Made by a program: the position numbers and the translations under genes. Positions 1 through 9,152 of a stretch of DNA of 64,000 nucleotides are shown piece after piece. The stretch covers positions 62,161-126,160 of the forward strand of contig MFRA01000001.1 in the NCBI GenBank assembly GCA_001783215.1, given 5' to 3'. This stretch comes from Candidatus Magasanikbacteria bacterium RIFOXYD1_FULL_40_23. Lineage in GTDB: Bacteria; Patescibacteriota; Patescibacteriia; Magasanikbacterales; GWA2-37-8. The notes beneath the pieces are model-generated. The model saw nothing but the letters and a program-made list of their open reading frames with translations. It had not been told where the DNA came from and made no database searches. The stretch's first letter is position 1. Each line of letters begins with the position of its first letter.

Positions 1-5
1 TTAGT

Positions 6-1199
6 TTGTTGCCGTTTGCTTGGGCAACGGCCGGATCGTTTAGTTTGCCTGTAAATTTTGGATTGCTTATTTGGCTGTTTTTAGTTTTACTGATTTTAAA
101 AAGAATTAATTTACCAACCAAAGAACAGAAATTAGTTCTTATTGTAGGCGGTGTTAGTTTATTTTTTGGCTACTCCCTGTTTTTTATTTTATTCTGGCTA
201 ATGTGGGCTGTAGCAGAATTTTTAATTTGGCAATTTGTAAATCCGGCAAAATTAAAAAAGGCAGCACTAGTGTTAATCTGCTCCCTCGCAATTCCGGCTG
301 TAGAATTAATTGCAGGTTATAGTAAGTTTGACCCAGATATAAATTGGTTAGGTCAAATCAAGCAACTGCTGGGTAACCTCTCTGCGTTTTATTTGGCTAG
401 CGGTCCAAGGCCACACGATATCGCTACTGGCAATATTATTTTTAATCAAACTCCACTATCGGTATTTGTACCAAACCTGATTACCTACTGGAGATGGTGG
501 CTGGTAGTTTTTTCTATTTGTTTTTTTGGTGTAGTTATATATGGTTTTATAAAAATCTGTCGTGATAATAAAATAAATAATCAATGGTTGGGCATAGTTG
601 CGCCTGGAATTATATTTGGTTATATAATTAGTAACTATTTTTTATCAGGTTCACATATCTTGGCCCGAAGATTAGACGGCGTGGTGGTTCTTTTTTTAAT
701 GTTATTATTTTTCTACGGACTTACAAAAATTTATCAGCGTTTTGTTTGGAAAAATAAAACATGGCAAATATTAGCTATGCTTGTTCTATCTTTGGGTATT
801 ACGGCTTCGTATTCTCTGGGTCCGGATACAAATACTGTGAATGTGGGTGAATATGAAGCAGCGAGTTATGTCTGGTTGCAAGAGCAATTATCCGAGAAGC
901 CGTGTGTATTAGCAGATACCTATCCACTTTTGGCGTTAGAAGCAGTTTCTGCTAAGCAAATTATCGGTGGTGGTTTTCCAATAGATGCAGATTTTGGCCA
1001 GCCAGAAAGGGTAAAATCCTTTGAGCAGATGAATATTGCTATAAATGATAATTTATTAAATCAGGTTGGGCAGTTAACAGATGCAGACCACTGTTGGTTT
1101 ATTGGTAAAGCAGAAAACTTTCAAAAACAAGGGATTTTGAAAGCAGAAAATGTTTTTGGAGACTCGGCCATTATACGATATAATATCGTAAATAATTAA
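6..1199 (+). CDS. polytopic membrane protein of unknown function; ORF opens at window edge so true start may lie upstream
   Basis: 397-aa ORF; several long hydrophobic segments (LLIWLFLVLLIL, FFGYSLFFILFWLMWAV, WWLVVFSICFFGVVIYGF) followed by hydrophilic C-terminal half. Confidence 0.5.
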   Translation: MLPFAWATAGSFSLPVNFGLLIWLFLVLLILKRINLPTKEQKLVLIVGGVSLFFGYSLFFILFWLMWAVAEFLIWQFVNPAKLKKAALVLICSLAIPAVELIAGYSKFDPDINWLGQIKQLLGNLSAFYLASGPRPHDIATGNIIFNQTPLSVFVPNLITYWRWWLVVFSICFFGVVIYGFIKICRDNKINNQWLGIVAPGIIFGYIISNYFLSGSHILARRLDGVVVLFLMLLFFYGLTKIYQRFVWKNKTWQILAMLVLSLGITASYSLGPDTNTVNVGEYEAASYVWLQEQLSEKPCVLADTYPLLALEAVSAKQIIGGGFPIDADFGQPERVKSFEQMNIAINDNLLNQVGQLTDADHCWFIGKAENFQKQGILKAENVFGDSAIIRYNIVNN

Positions 1200-1208
1200 A
1201 ATTTTATT

Positions 1209-1613
1209 ATGCTAGACTGTCTTTTTTGTAAAATAGTTGCCGGAGAAATTCCAAATTACACTGTCTATGAAGACGAAAATGTTTTGGCTTTTTTGGATAT
1301 TCATCCTTGCTCCAAAGGCCATACGGTAGTTGTGCCTAAAAAACATTTTGGTAATTTATGGGATATGAGTGTAGAAGAATTTCAAATTTTAACATCTGGT
1401 TTGCGTGTAGCCGCAGAACAAGTACGGGCAAAGATTAGTCCGGATGGTATGAATATTGGAATAAACAACGAAAAAGCTGCAGGTCAGGCTGTAGGGCATG
1501 TGCATTGGCATATTATTCCTAGGTGGAATGATGATGGCGGTACTAGTATGCACGGCATAGTTCGCAATGGTGCAGAAGTAGATGTAAAAGAGACGGCTAA
1601 ATTGTTTATATAG
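1209..1613 (+). CDS. HIT-family (histidine triad) nucleotide hydrolase
   Basis: C-terminal HVHWHIIPR histidine-triad motif, ~134 aa size typical of HINT proteins. Confidence 0.8.
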   Translation: MLDCLFCKIVAGEIPNYTVYEDENVLAFLDIHPCSKGHTVVVPKKHFGNLWDMSVEEFQILTSGLRVAAEQVRAKISPDGMNIGINNEKAAGQAVGHVHWHIIPRWNDDGGTSMHGIVRNGAEVDVKETAKLFI

Positions 1614-1616
1614 CGT

Positions 1617-2171
1617 ATGTCAAAATTTAAAAAAGTATCTTCAGAGGTTAGGCACAAAAATCCTTGGTGGGAATACAAATGCGATAAAATAATTAGAGCC
1701 GATGGAAGTGAAGGAGAGTATTGTTATGTAGAAACGCCTGGCAATGTAATTATTGTCCCTATTTTGGACGATGGGCGCGTGGTTTTGGTAAGACAGTTTA
1801 GATATCTAGACGACAAAAACAGTGTGGAATTTCCTGGTGGAGGAATGGTAAAAGGTGAGACACCGGCCGAAGCAGCCAAAAGAGAGCTGTTAGAAGAATC
1901 TGGCTATGCAACAGACAATTTAATAAGTATCGGTTCGTTTGAGCCTTCTGTGGGTGTGATAAAGGATTTATCGCATGTTTTTATTGCCAACGAACTAGCG
2001 CGAGTACAAGAACCGAAATCAGATGCGTTTGAAAGTACCGAAGTTTTTGTACGACGAATTGATGAATTTGAAGATATGATAAAACGAGGTGAAATTTGGA
2101 ACGGGCAGTTGCTTGCCGCATGGACGCTCGCTCGAAATTTAGTAGTCAAGAATCTTGGTAGTGAAGAGTAG
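1617..2171 (+). CDS. NUDIX hydrolase (ADP-ribose pyrophosphatase-like)
   Basis: Nudix box GGGMVKGETPAEAAKRELLEESG (GX5EX7REUXEEXGU pattern). Confidence 0.8.
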   Translation: MSKFKKVSSEVRHKNPWWEYKCDKIIRADGSEGEYCYVETPGNVIIVPILDDGRVVLVRQFRYLDDKNSVEFPGGGMVKGETPAEAAKRELLEESGYATDNLISIGSFEPSVGVIKDLSHVFIANELARVQEPKSDAFESTEVFVRRIDEFEDMIKRGEIWNGQLLAAWTLARNLVVKNLGSEE

Positions 2172-2229
2172 TTTGTGATATACTTTATCTAGACTTCTGT
2201 TGTAGGTTTAGGTAAGACTAAAAAATACT

Positions 2230-4239
2230 ATGTCAGAACCAAGTGAAAAAGTGTTAAATAGTCTGGGTAATCCCGAGATTAATTTTTTTGCATCTACAAA
2301 TTTTCGCAATAATAACAGAAAGTTTGGTATAAAACTCGACGATCGTCGCCGTCATATGTATGTAGTAGGCAAAACCGGCATGGGTAAAACTACTTTGCTA
2401 GAAAATATGGTGCTAAACGATATCTACGCAGGCCATGGTGTAGGCGTGGTAGATCCGCACGGAGATTTTGCCGAAAAAATCATTGATTATATTCCGCCAA
2501 ATCGTATAAACGATGTGGTGTATTTTAATCCTTCAGACATTGATTTTCCAATTGGCTTCAATATTCTAGAATCAATTGATCCGCGCTACCGTCATTTGGT
2601 AGCATCGGGTCTTATGGGTGTGTTCAAAAAAATCTGGCCAGATGTTTGGAGTGCTCGTATGGAATATATTTTAAACAACACTCTTTTGGCATTGCTAGAA
2701 TTTCCAAACACTACTCTGCTTGGTATAAACAGATTGCTGGCCGACGACGGTTATCGCAAGCGCGTGGTGCGAAACTTAAAAGATCCGGTAATCAAAGCTT
2801 TTTGGGAAACAGAATTTGCGGGTTATAACGATAGGTACAAGCAAGAAGCTGTGGCGCCGGTACAAAACAAAATCGGTCAATTTTTGTCCGCTTCAGTTAT
2901 TCGCAATATCGTGGCGCAAGTTAAATCGCGTATCAACATTCGCGAAATTATGGATAACAAAAAAATATTTATCATGAACTTGTCCAAAGGTAGAATCGGA
3001 GAAGATAATTCCAGATTGTTAGGCGGCATGTTGATTACCAAAATTCAGTTGGCCGCCATGGAAAGAGTAGATACTCCGGAGCGTGATCGTAAAGATTTTT
3101 TCTTATACGTAGACGAATTTCAAAACTTTGCTACCGAAAGTTTTTCTAACATCTTATCTGAAGCTCGTAAGTACCGATTAGATTTAACTATGGCTCACCA
3201 GTACATGGAGCAGTTAGATGAAACAGTTCTGGCTGCCGTTATTGGTAACGTAGGTACTTTGGTTACTTTTAGAGTTGGTTCTACCGATGCCGAAGTTTTA
3301 GCCAAAGAATTTGCTCCTACTTTTATAGAAACTGATTTGGTTAACTTAACCAAATTTCAAATTTATTTAAAACTCATGATAGACGGTGTGGCTTCGCAAC
3401 CTTTTTCTGCCAACACCTTGTCGCCAATTAATATTTCTACTCAAAGCACAGATAAGGTCATTAGAGTTTCTCGTGAACGCTATGCCACCAACCGCGAAAA
3501 CATAGAAGACAAAATCATGCGTTGGACTGGTATGGAAAACGGTGGAACTGGTGACACCGATGAAGACGAAGACGATAAGTTGGACCCAGATGAAAACTAT
3601 ACCCAAGACGAAGAGGGTATGCCGGTGCTTATAGAAAAAAAGATAGTACCATCTCCAGCTCCTAAACCAAAACCAGAACCTCCAAAATTATCAGTTGCCA
3701 AACACGATATTAAATCGAATAAGAATTTAGATATAAAACAAAGTCGTCCAGTATCGTTGGTTGATGCTACTCAAAAGGGGATCAGTCTTTCTCAGGCAAT
3801 GCCAACAAGTAAGTCGGGGCATTCAAGTTTTAGTTCTGGCAAAACAGATCAGAACAGAAAACCAAATGTTTCTAATAGCCATGGCGGCGGAAACAGAAGA
3901 AACGATCAAAGACCGGGAGGAGGAAGCCAAAGACCTTCAGGCCAGTTGCAACCAAGGCAATTTGTAGAAAGTAAACCGAAACCAGTTTCTGCATCGCTAA
4001 GCCAGACACCTTCAGTTATGCCAAACACGGCTCCTTCTGCGCCAGCCACACCCGCAGAAAACAAACCTATGGTAGAGCCTTCGCTATTGTTAGCAAAGCC
4101 ATTGTCTGAGCAGGTAGTTAATGTCTTGCCAGCTGTTAAGGATGAATCAGCGCAAGCCCCGGCGCTTTTGGTTAACCAAGAGCCAAAAACATCTGGTGGC
4201 AAGATGTTTCCAAGCAGAATAATAAAGATAGATGAGTAG
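2230..4239 (+). CDS. P-loop ATPase of TraD/TraG/VirD4 coupling-protein type with long Pro/Ser/Gly-rich low-complexity C-terminal tail
   Basis: Walker A VVGKTGMGKTT, Walker B FLYVDEFQNF, downstream TMAHQ motif typical of coupling-protein/AAA_10 family; last ~250 aa are S/P/G/Q-rich. Confidence 0.5.
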   Translation: MSEPSEKVLNSLGNPEINFFASTNFRNNNRKFGIKLDDRRRHMYVVGKTGMGKTTLLENMVLNDIYAGHGVGVVDPHGDFAEKIIDYIPPNRINDVVYFNPSDIDFPIGFNILESIDPRYRHLVASGLMGVFKKIWPDVWSARMEYILNNTLLALLEFPNTTLLGINRLLADDGYRKRVVRNLKDPVIKAFWETEFAGYNDRYKQEAVAPVQNKIGQFLSASVIRNIVAQVKSRINIREIMDNKKIFIMNLSKGRIGEDNSRLLGGMLITKIQLAAMERVDTPERDRKDFFLYVDEFQNFATESFSNILSEARKYRLDLTMAHQYMEQLDETVLAAVIGNVGTLVTFRVGSTDAEVLAKEFAPTFIETDLVNLTKFQIYLKLMIDGVASQPFSANTLSPINISTQSTDKVIRVSRERYATNRENIEDKIMRWTGMENGGTGDTDEDEDDKLDPDENYTQDEEGMPVLIEKKIVPSPAPKPKPEPPKLSVAKHDIKSNKNLDIKQSRPVSLVDATQKGISLSQAMPTSKSGHSSFSSGKTDQNRKPNVSNSHGGGNRRNDQRPGGGSQRPSGQLQPRQFVESKPKPVSASLSQTPSVMPNTAPSAPATPAENKPMVEPSLLLAKPLSEQVVNVLPAVKDESAQAPALLVNQEPKTSGGKMFPSRIIKIDE

Positions 4240-4296
4240 TAATCTGTGTTATTGACAGCTCCGATAAAACAAAGGTCAGTCTAAACACTTATTTTT

Positions 4297-7200
4297 ATGG
4301 ATGAAAAGCGCAACATTGCTGAATCTCATTATTTTACTGTTGTGTTATTTTTTATACTTACACTTACCGTTACGATAATCGGTATCTTTTTTTCTATTAA
4401 GGTAATTCGTGGAGCGGAAATTATTAACTGGACTCAAACTGATTGGCAAAGTGGAGTAGATAGTGGTGTTATTGCGACCAGCGCTTCAAATCAAACTGGT
4501 TGGACACAGTATTCCAGTGTAACTAATCTTTCTGCTACTTCATCGCCTGGGGATTTAAAACTCGCCACTACAAGTTCTATCGCAACAGACGATGGAACCT
4601 TTAGTGCTACAGGTCTTGCCACAGGAGGTGGGTTAAGCAATGGCACAGTAGTGAGTACGACTGTTTCCGAAAGCGGTGCGGCTGCGAGTGTTCGGCTCGC
4701 AGTAAACGCAACGACATCGGTAAATATTTTTGATTCTACGATGCCACCGGTGCCCGGAACAGTTTCAACGGGTAGCGGCATGATTCGAAATGGTGATGAT
4801 GACGAGATTTATGTGATTCAACCTGGTACGGGCTTTCACAAATATTCTGTTTCCGGTAATTCTTGGACGACACTTGCTGTTGTGCCTGGCACTGTTGGTG
4901 CGGGCAGTGAAATGATTCGCAATGGCTCGGACAATGATATTTATCTTCTTCAAGGTGGTGGTACTGGCATTTATAAGTACTCTATTTCTGACAATTCTTG
5001 GACCACACTTACTGTTGTGCCTGGTACTATTGGTAACGGTGGCACCATGATTCGTAACGGTTCGAGCGATGATATATATGTGCTCCAAGGTGGCAATGCG
5101 ACTGGCTTTTATCGTTATTCCATTGCCAGTGATACTTGGAGTGCGTTAACAGTAGTGCCAGCCACAGTTAACACTGGTGGTACTATGATTCGTAATGGCT
5201 CAGATAACGACATTTACGTTCTAGAAGGTACTGGCAGTAGTGCGTTTTTTAGATATTCCATTTCCGATAACTCTTGGACAACGCTTACAGCTGCGCCAGC
5301 TGTCGCCGGCAATGGAGCTACCATGATTCGTAATGGCTCAGACGATAACTTTTACTTTATTCCCAGCTCTTCTGGGGGCAGTACCGCTTTTTACAGCTAC
5401 TCCATCGCCAGTAATACTTGGAGTACATTAACAGTAGTACCAGCCTTTCTTTCTGGTCCCGCTTCCATGTTTCGGAGTGGGTCGGATGATTATATATATC
5501 TATTTCAAGGTGCCGTCACCAGCGCGTTTTTTAGGTACTCCATTTCTGGCAATTCCTGGACTACACTCACGGCACTGCCTGGCAATACTACAGTCAGTGG
5601 CGTTATGGTTCGAAATGGTTTGGATGACCAAATTTATGTTCTGGCAGCTGCCGCTACCAACGGTTTTTTTAAGTATTCTGTTTCTGGTAATTCTTGGGAA
5701 GGTTCAGGGGTTAGTTCAATACCAGCAGTTCCTGGCGCAGTTGGCACAGGTAGCGCTATGATCCGTAATGGCGCTGATGACGATGTGTATGTGCTCCAAG
5801 GCGGCAGCGCAACTGGCTTCTATCATTTTTCCATTGCCAGTAATACTTGGAATACATTAACCGTCGTGCCAGCTTCGGTTTCTACAGGTGCTTCCATGAT
5901 TCGCAATGGTAGTGATGATAATATTTATGTGCTTACAGGCAATGGCACTGGTTTCTATAGTTATTCTATTTCTGGCAATTCTTGGGCAACGCTTACTGTC
6001 GTGCCAGCTTCGGTTTCTACAGGTGCTTCCATGATTCGCAATGGTAGTGATGATAATATTTATGTGCTTACAGGCAATGGCACTGGTTTCTATAGTTATT
6101 CTATTTCTGGCAATTCTTGGGCAACGCTTACTGTCGTGCCAGCTTCGGTTTCTACAGGTGCTTCCATGATTCGCAATGGTAGTGATAATAACATTTATGT
6201 TTTAAGAGGTGCTAGCACTGGTTTTTATAGTTATTCTATCTCTGACAATTCTTGGACGACACTTACTGTTGTACCTGCTTCAATTGGAAGCGGTTCTTCC
6301 ATGATTCGTAATGGTTCGGACGATAGTATTTATGTCCTTCGAGGGGGGAGTACTGGTTTCTATTCTTATTCCATTTCTGGCAATTCCTGGACAACGCTTA
6401 CTGTTGTACCTTCCACTGTCGGTGCGGGTGGTAGTATGATTCGCAATGGTTCGGATGATGATATTTATATTCTTCGAGGCAATACTAGTAATGCGTTTTA
6501 TCGGTATTCCATATCTGGCAATGCTTGGACTACGCTTGTTACCGTACCAGTAAGTGTTGCTGCGGGCTGCATCATGATGCGTAATGGTGCTGACCATGAG
6601 TTATATATACTTCAAGGAAATAGCACCTCTAGCCTTTGGCGTTATCTCATAAACACCACGACATATTCCACGTCTGGTACTTTTACTTCAGCAGTCATTG
6701 ATACGGCCGGTGCGGCAACTTTTGGAAACATTTCTTGGACATCAGCGCTTCCAGTGAGCACAACATTAACGTTTGCGACGCGCTCAGGTGCTACTGCCAG
6801 TCCTGATGGTACATGGTCGGACTGGAGTACAGAACTTTCCAATTCTGCTGGCAGTGCCATAGTTTCGCCTGTAGCGCGATATATTCAGTATCGCGGTACG
6901 TTCGGCACATCCAATACAGCCAAAACCCCAACTCTCAGTAATTTTTCTTTAGCTTATAGCGCATATCAGCTCACTGGAAATTTAGTGTCATCTGTTTTCA
7001 ATACTGGTGAAGTTGATAATATCATGGGGGGTATTTCATGGACAGAAGATGTTTCACTTCCCACCAGCACAACTGTTACTGTATCCTTACGTACCGCTGC
7101 TTCTGCCGACAGTTTGATTGGTTCTTGGGTAGATTTTACTAACACTATAACGAATTGTACCAAATCATCCAGTACGGTTTCTTGTACGATTGATGCTTTG

Positions 7201-8061
7201 CCAACGGCGTTTAAATCTGGGGATGATGATCAGTATTTTCAATATAAAATTACCCTAACTTCCCCAGATGGCGTTGCTTCTCCGTCTGTTGGTGGTGTTG
7301 TTTTGTCTTATACTCAGCTGGATGCTGCTAGCGCAAGCGCGGGTGTTGCTTTTCCGGTAAATCAACTTGTTATATTAATTCCAACCGCTTCTACTTCTAG
7401 TGGCTCTGCAACTTCAACGCAGGAACAGATCCGTTCAAAAATTATTGAGGATGAAGCTCTAATTTTAAAAATGGAAGAGGCTGGACAAAAAGTGCCGATA
7501 GCGCTAAATCTATCCGCAAGAGATTATAAGGGGTTGTTTACTAAAGTCTTTGCATTCGGCTCTAAGAATATCGAAGTAAAAACCTTGCAACAGTTTTTGA
7601 ATGTCGCTGGGTTTATTGTAGCAAAAATGGGGCCAGGATCTCCCGGGAATGAAACTATTTTCTTTGGTAAATTAACAGAAGCGGCGCTTGCGAAATTTCA
7701 AGTATTCAATGGCATTACTATTGCACAAGGGAAGTTGGATCTTGAGACGCGTATTTTTATTGAAAATCTTAGTGGTACAATGTTGCCACAGTTATCAAAC
7801 GATAGAGTCCTTTCTCCTATTTTTACTCGTGATTTAAAATTAAAAATGACAGGAGAGGATGTCCGTTATCTTCAGATGTTTTTAAACAGTAAAGGCTTTA
7901 TTGTTGCTCCGTATGGCCCAGGATCTCCCGGGAATGAAACTATTTTCTTTGGTAAATTAACAGAAGCGGCGCTTGCAAAATTTAAAGTCAAGAATGATCT
8001 GCAGCCTTCATCTGGCTATCTTGATTCTAATACCAGGTCATTTATCAAATCCTTGCGTTAA
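4297..8061 (+). CDS. giant cell-surface repeat protein: N-terminal membrane anchor, ~17 tandem 45-aa repeats, two C-terminal peptidoglycan-binding (PG_binding_1-like) modules
   Basis: TM segment FTVVLFFILTLTVTIIGIFF; repeats of pattern MIRNGSDDxIYVLxGxxTGFYxYSISxNSWTTLTVVPAxV; two copies of FLNxxGFIVAxxGPGSPGNETIFFGKLTEAALAKF near C-terminus. Confidence 0.7.
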   Translation: MDEKRNIAESHYFTVVLFFILTLTVTIIGIFFSIKVIRGAEIINWTQTDWQSGVDSGVIATSASNQTGWTQYSSVTNLSATSSPGDLKLATTSSIATDDGTFSATGLATGGGLSNGTVVSTTVSESGAAASVRLAVNATTSVNIFDSTMPPVPGTVSTGSGMIRNGDDDEIYVIQPGTGFHKYSVSGNSWTTLAVVPGTVGAGSEMIRNGSDNDIYLLQGGGTGIYKYSISDNSWTTLTVVPGTIGNGGTMIRNGSSDDIYVLQGGNATGFYRYSIASDTWSALTVVPATVNTGGTMIRNGSDNDIYVLEGTGSSAFFRYSISDNSWTTLTAAPAVAGNGATMIRNGSDDNFYFIPSSSGGSTAFYSYSIASNTWSTLTVVPAFLSGPASMFRSGSDDYIYLFQGAVTSAFFRYSISGNSWTTLTALPGNTTVSGVMVRNGLDDQIYVLAAAATNGFFKYSVSGNSWEGSGVSSIPAVPGAVGTGSAMIRNGADDDVYVLQGGSATGFYHFSIASNTWNTLTVVPASVSTGASMIRNGSDDNIYVLTGNGTGFYSYSISGNSWATLTVVPASVSTGASMIRNGSDDNIYVLTGNGTGFYSYSISGNSWATLTVVPASVSTGASMIRNGSDNNIYVLRGASTGFYSYSISDNSWTTLTVVPASIGSGSSMIRNGSDDSIYVLRGGSTGFYSYSISGNSWTTLTVVPSTVGAGGSMIRNGSDDDIYILRGNTSNAFYRYSISGNAWTTLVTVPVSVAAGCIMMRNGADHELYILQGNSTSSLWRYLINTTTYSTSGTFTSAVIDTAGAATFGNISWTSALPVSTTLTFATRSGATASPDGTWSDWSTELSNSAGSAIVSPVARYIQYRGTFGTSNTAKTPTLSNFSLAYSAYQLTGNLVSSVFNTGEVDNIMGGISWTEDVSLPTSTTVTVSLRTAASADSLIGSWVDFTNTITNCTKSSSTVSCTIDALPTAFKSGDDDQYFQYKITLTSPDGVASPSVGGVVLSYTQLDAASASAGVAFPVNQLVILIPTASTSSGSATSTQEQIRSKIIEDEALILKMEEAGQKVPIALNLSARDYKGLFTKVFAFGSKNIEVKTLQQFLNVAGFIVAKMGPGSPGNETIFFGKLTEAALAKFQVFNGITIAQGKLDLETRIFIENLSGTMLPQLSNDRVLSPIFTRDLKLKMTGEDVRYLQMFLNSKGFIVAPYGPGSPGNETIFFGKLTEAALAKFKVKNDLQPSSGYLDSNTRSFIKSLR
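5866..6135 (+). repeat. two perfectly identical tandem 135-bp units (45 codons each) inside the repeat-protein gene; a third unit continues with divergence
   Basis: 5866-6000 and 6001-6135 are identical base for base (gtgccagcttcggtttctacaggtgcttccatgattcgcaatgg...cttactgtc). Confidence 0.85.
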
Positions 8062-8101
8062 AAGTAGATAATGTTGTATGACTAAGAAGTTATGTAGATA
8101 A

Positions 8102-8130
8102 TTGACAAAAGCAGTAATTTGTGCTATTAT
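8102..8130 (+). promoter_or_regulatory. sigma70-like promoter (TTGACA-17-TATTAT) preceding long 5' leader of zinc-ribbon gene
   Basis: ttgaca at 8102-8107, 17-nt spacer, tattat at 8125-8130; ~140 nt of untranslated leader before ATG at 8272. Confidence 0.45.
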
Positions 8131-8271
8131 CGTAAGTAATAATTTGGGGTACAGAAGTACCAACGGAAGTTCCCAAAATTTTATTCAGCCGTAGCCCCTC
8201 AAGGGTGTGGGCGGAAGGTCGAATTTATAAAATCTCAAAAACCATTTTGGGAACAAAAAACACAAAACTAT

Positions 8272-8574
8272 ATGGCATTCGACGGAACAAGACAAATGTA
8301 TAATGTGGATCTAAGTTGCGCTAAATGCGGAACTCACATCTCACAATTGCCTTTTGAGCCAAAGGGTGATCGCCCAGTTTATTGCTTTGAATGCAATAAA
8401 GCCTATCGTCAAGATAGACCAAGTGATCGTGGTCCTCGCGCTCCAAGACAAATGTATAGCGTTAATGTAGCATGTGCTCAATGCGGCACCCAGATTACGG
8501 AATTACCATTCCAACCATCTGGAGATAAGCCAGTTTATTGCAGAGACTGCATGATGGCTCGCAGAAATTCCTAA
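8272..8574 (+). CDS. small protein with two tandem CxxC-x(n)-CxxC zinc-ribbon modules
   Basis: internal duplication: MYNVDLSCAKCGTHISQLPFEPKGDRPVYCFECNKAYRQDR and MYSVNVACAQCGTQITELPFQPSGDKPVYCRDCMMARR. Confidence 0.6.
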   Translation: MAFDGTRQMYNVDLSCAKCGTHISQLPFEPKGDRPVYCFECNKAYRQDRPSDRGPRAPRQMYSVNVACAQCGTQITELPFQPSGDKPVYCRDCMMARRNS

Positions 8575-8590
8575 TTGAATTTTTAAAACA

Positions 8591-8627
8591 AAAACACCTT
8601 CCTTAACCGGAGGGTGTTTTGTTTTTT
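8591..8627 (+). terminator. intrinsic terminator after zinc-ribbon gene
   Basis: aaacaccttccttaaccggagggtgttttgtttttt: ~9-bp stem (one mismatch) followed by T-run. Confidence 0.6.
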
Positions 8628-8869
8628 ATATTATTTTATTTTAAATTACATTTTGTACCTTTTGAAACACTCCTTTCTCCCCACTTCTTTAGTAGAAGTG
8701 GGCAAGAATCGCTCACGGTGGAAAGGATTCAGAAAATTTAGGGCTCGTTTTCGTTAATTTTTAAAACTCGACAATTACTTATAATAATTGTCTCAAACAT
8801 TAAAAATTTACCTCGCCCAAAGGGCGAGGCTAACACTCAAACTCATCTCTAAATTTTAACTTCACCTTT

Positions 8870-9110
8870 CCAAAGTTCGCCTGGACACCGGACAACGTTG
8901 TCCGTCGGCTGTCCTCCGAGCATATGGCGAATGATGCTACTGGCCACGGTGAGGGTGAATGGTGCCTTTTTAGGCACGGATAGTCATAAGGTATATGCTG
9001 ATTGACTGTCCGAGTGAACCTGAATCGATTGGCAGTAGCGGAACGAGACATCCGCGAGGCAGTTTTGGGGTATCACCCCGTTTTGCTGACAAAATGGGGT
9101 GATGAGTTGT
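8870..9110 (+). ncRNA. candidate structured ncRNA; local motifs resemble RNase P RNA conserved regions but the element is short and P4 could not be confirmed
   Basis: G+C-rich non-coding segment between two AT-rich spacers; GAGGGTGAATGGTGCC...GGCAC resembles AGGGUGAAA-GGUGC..GCACC (P10.1-P12) and GATTGACTGTCCGAGTGAACC resembles the AAUGACUGUCC..ACAGAACCC region; ends in hairpin CACCCCG...TGGGGTG + T-rich tail (9060-9110). Confidence 0.3.
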
Positions 9111-9152
9111 TTTATTCTTGAAAAAAATCCTAAAATAAGGTAGTTTATCGCT

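Noticed and set aside
4297-8061. Calling the 45-aa repeats Kelch motifs.
   Set aside because: The length is similar, but the diagnostic GG doublet and Y/W spacing of Kelch repeats are absent. I describe them generically as beta-propeller or solenoid-like.
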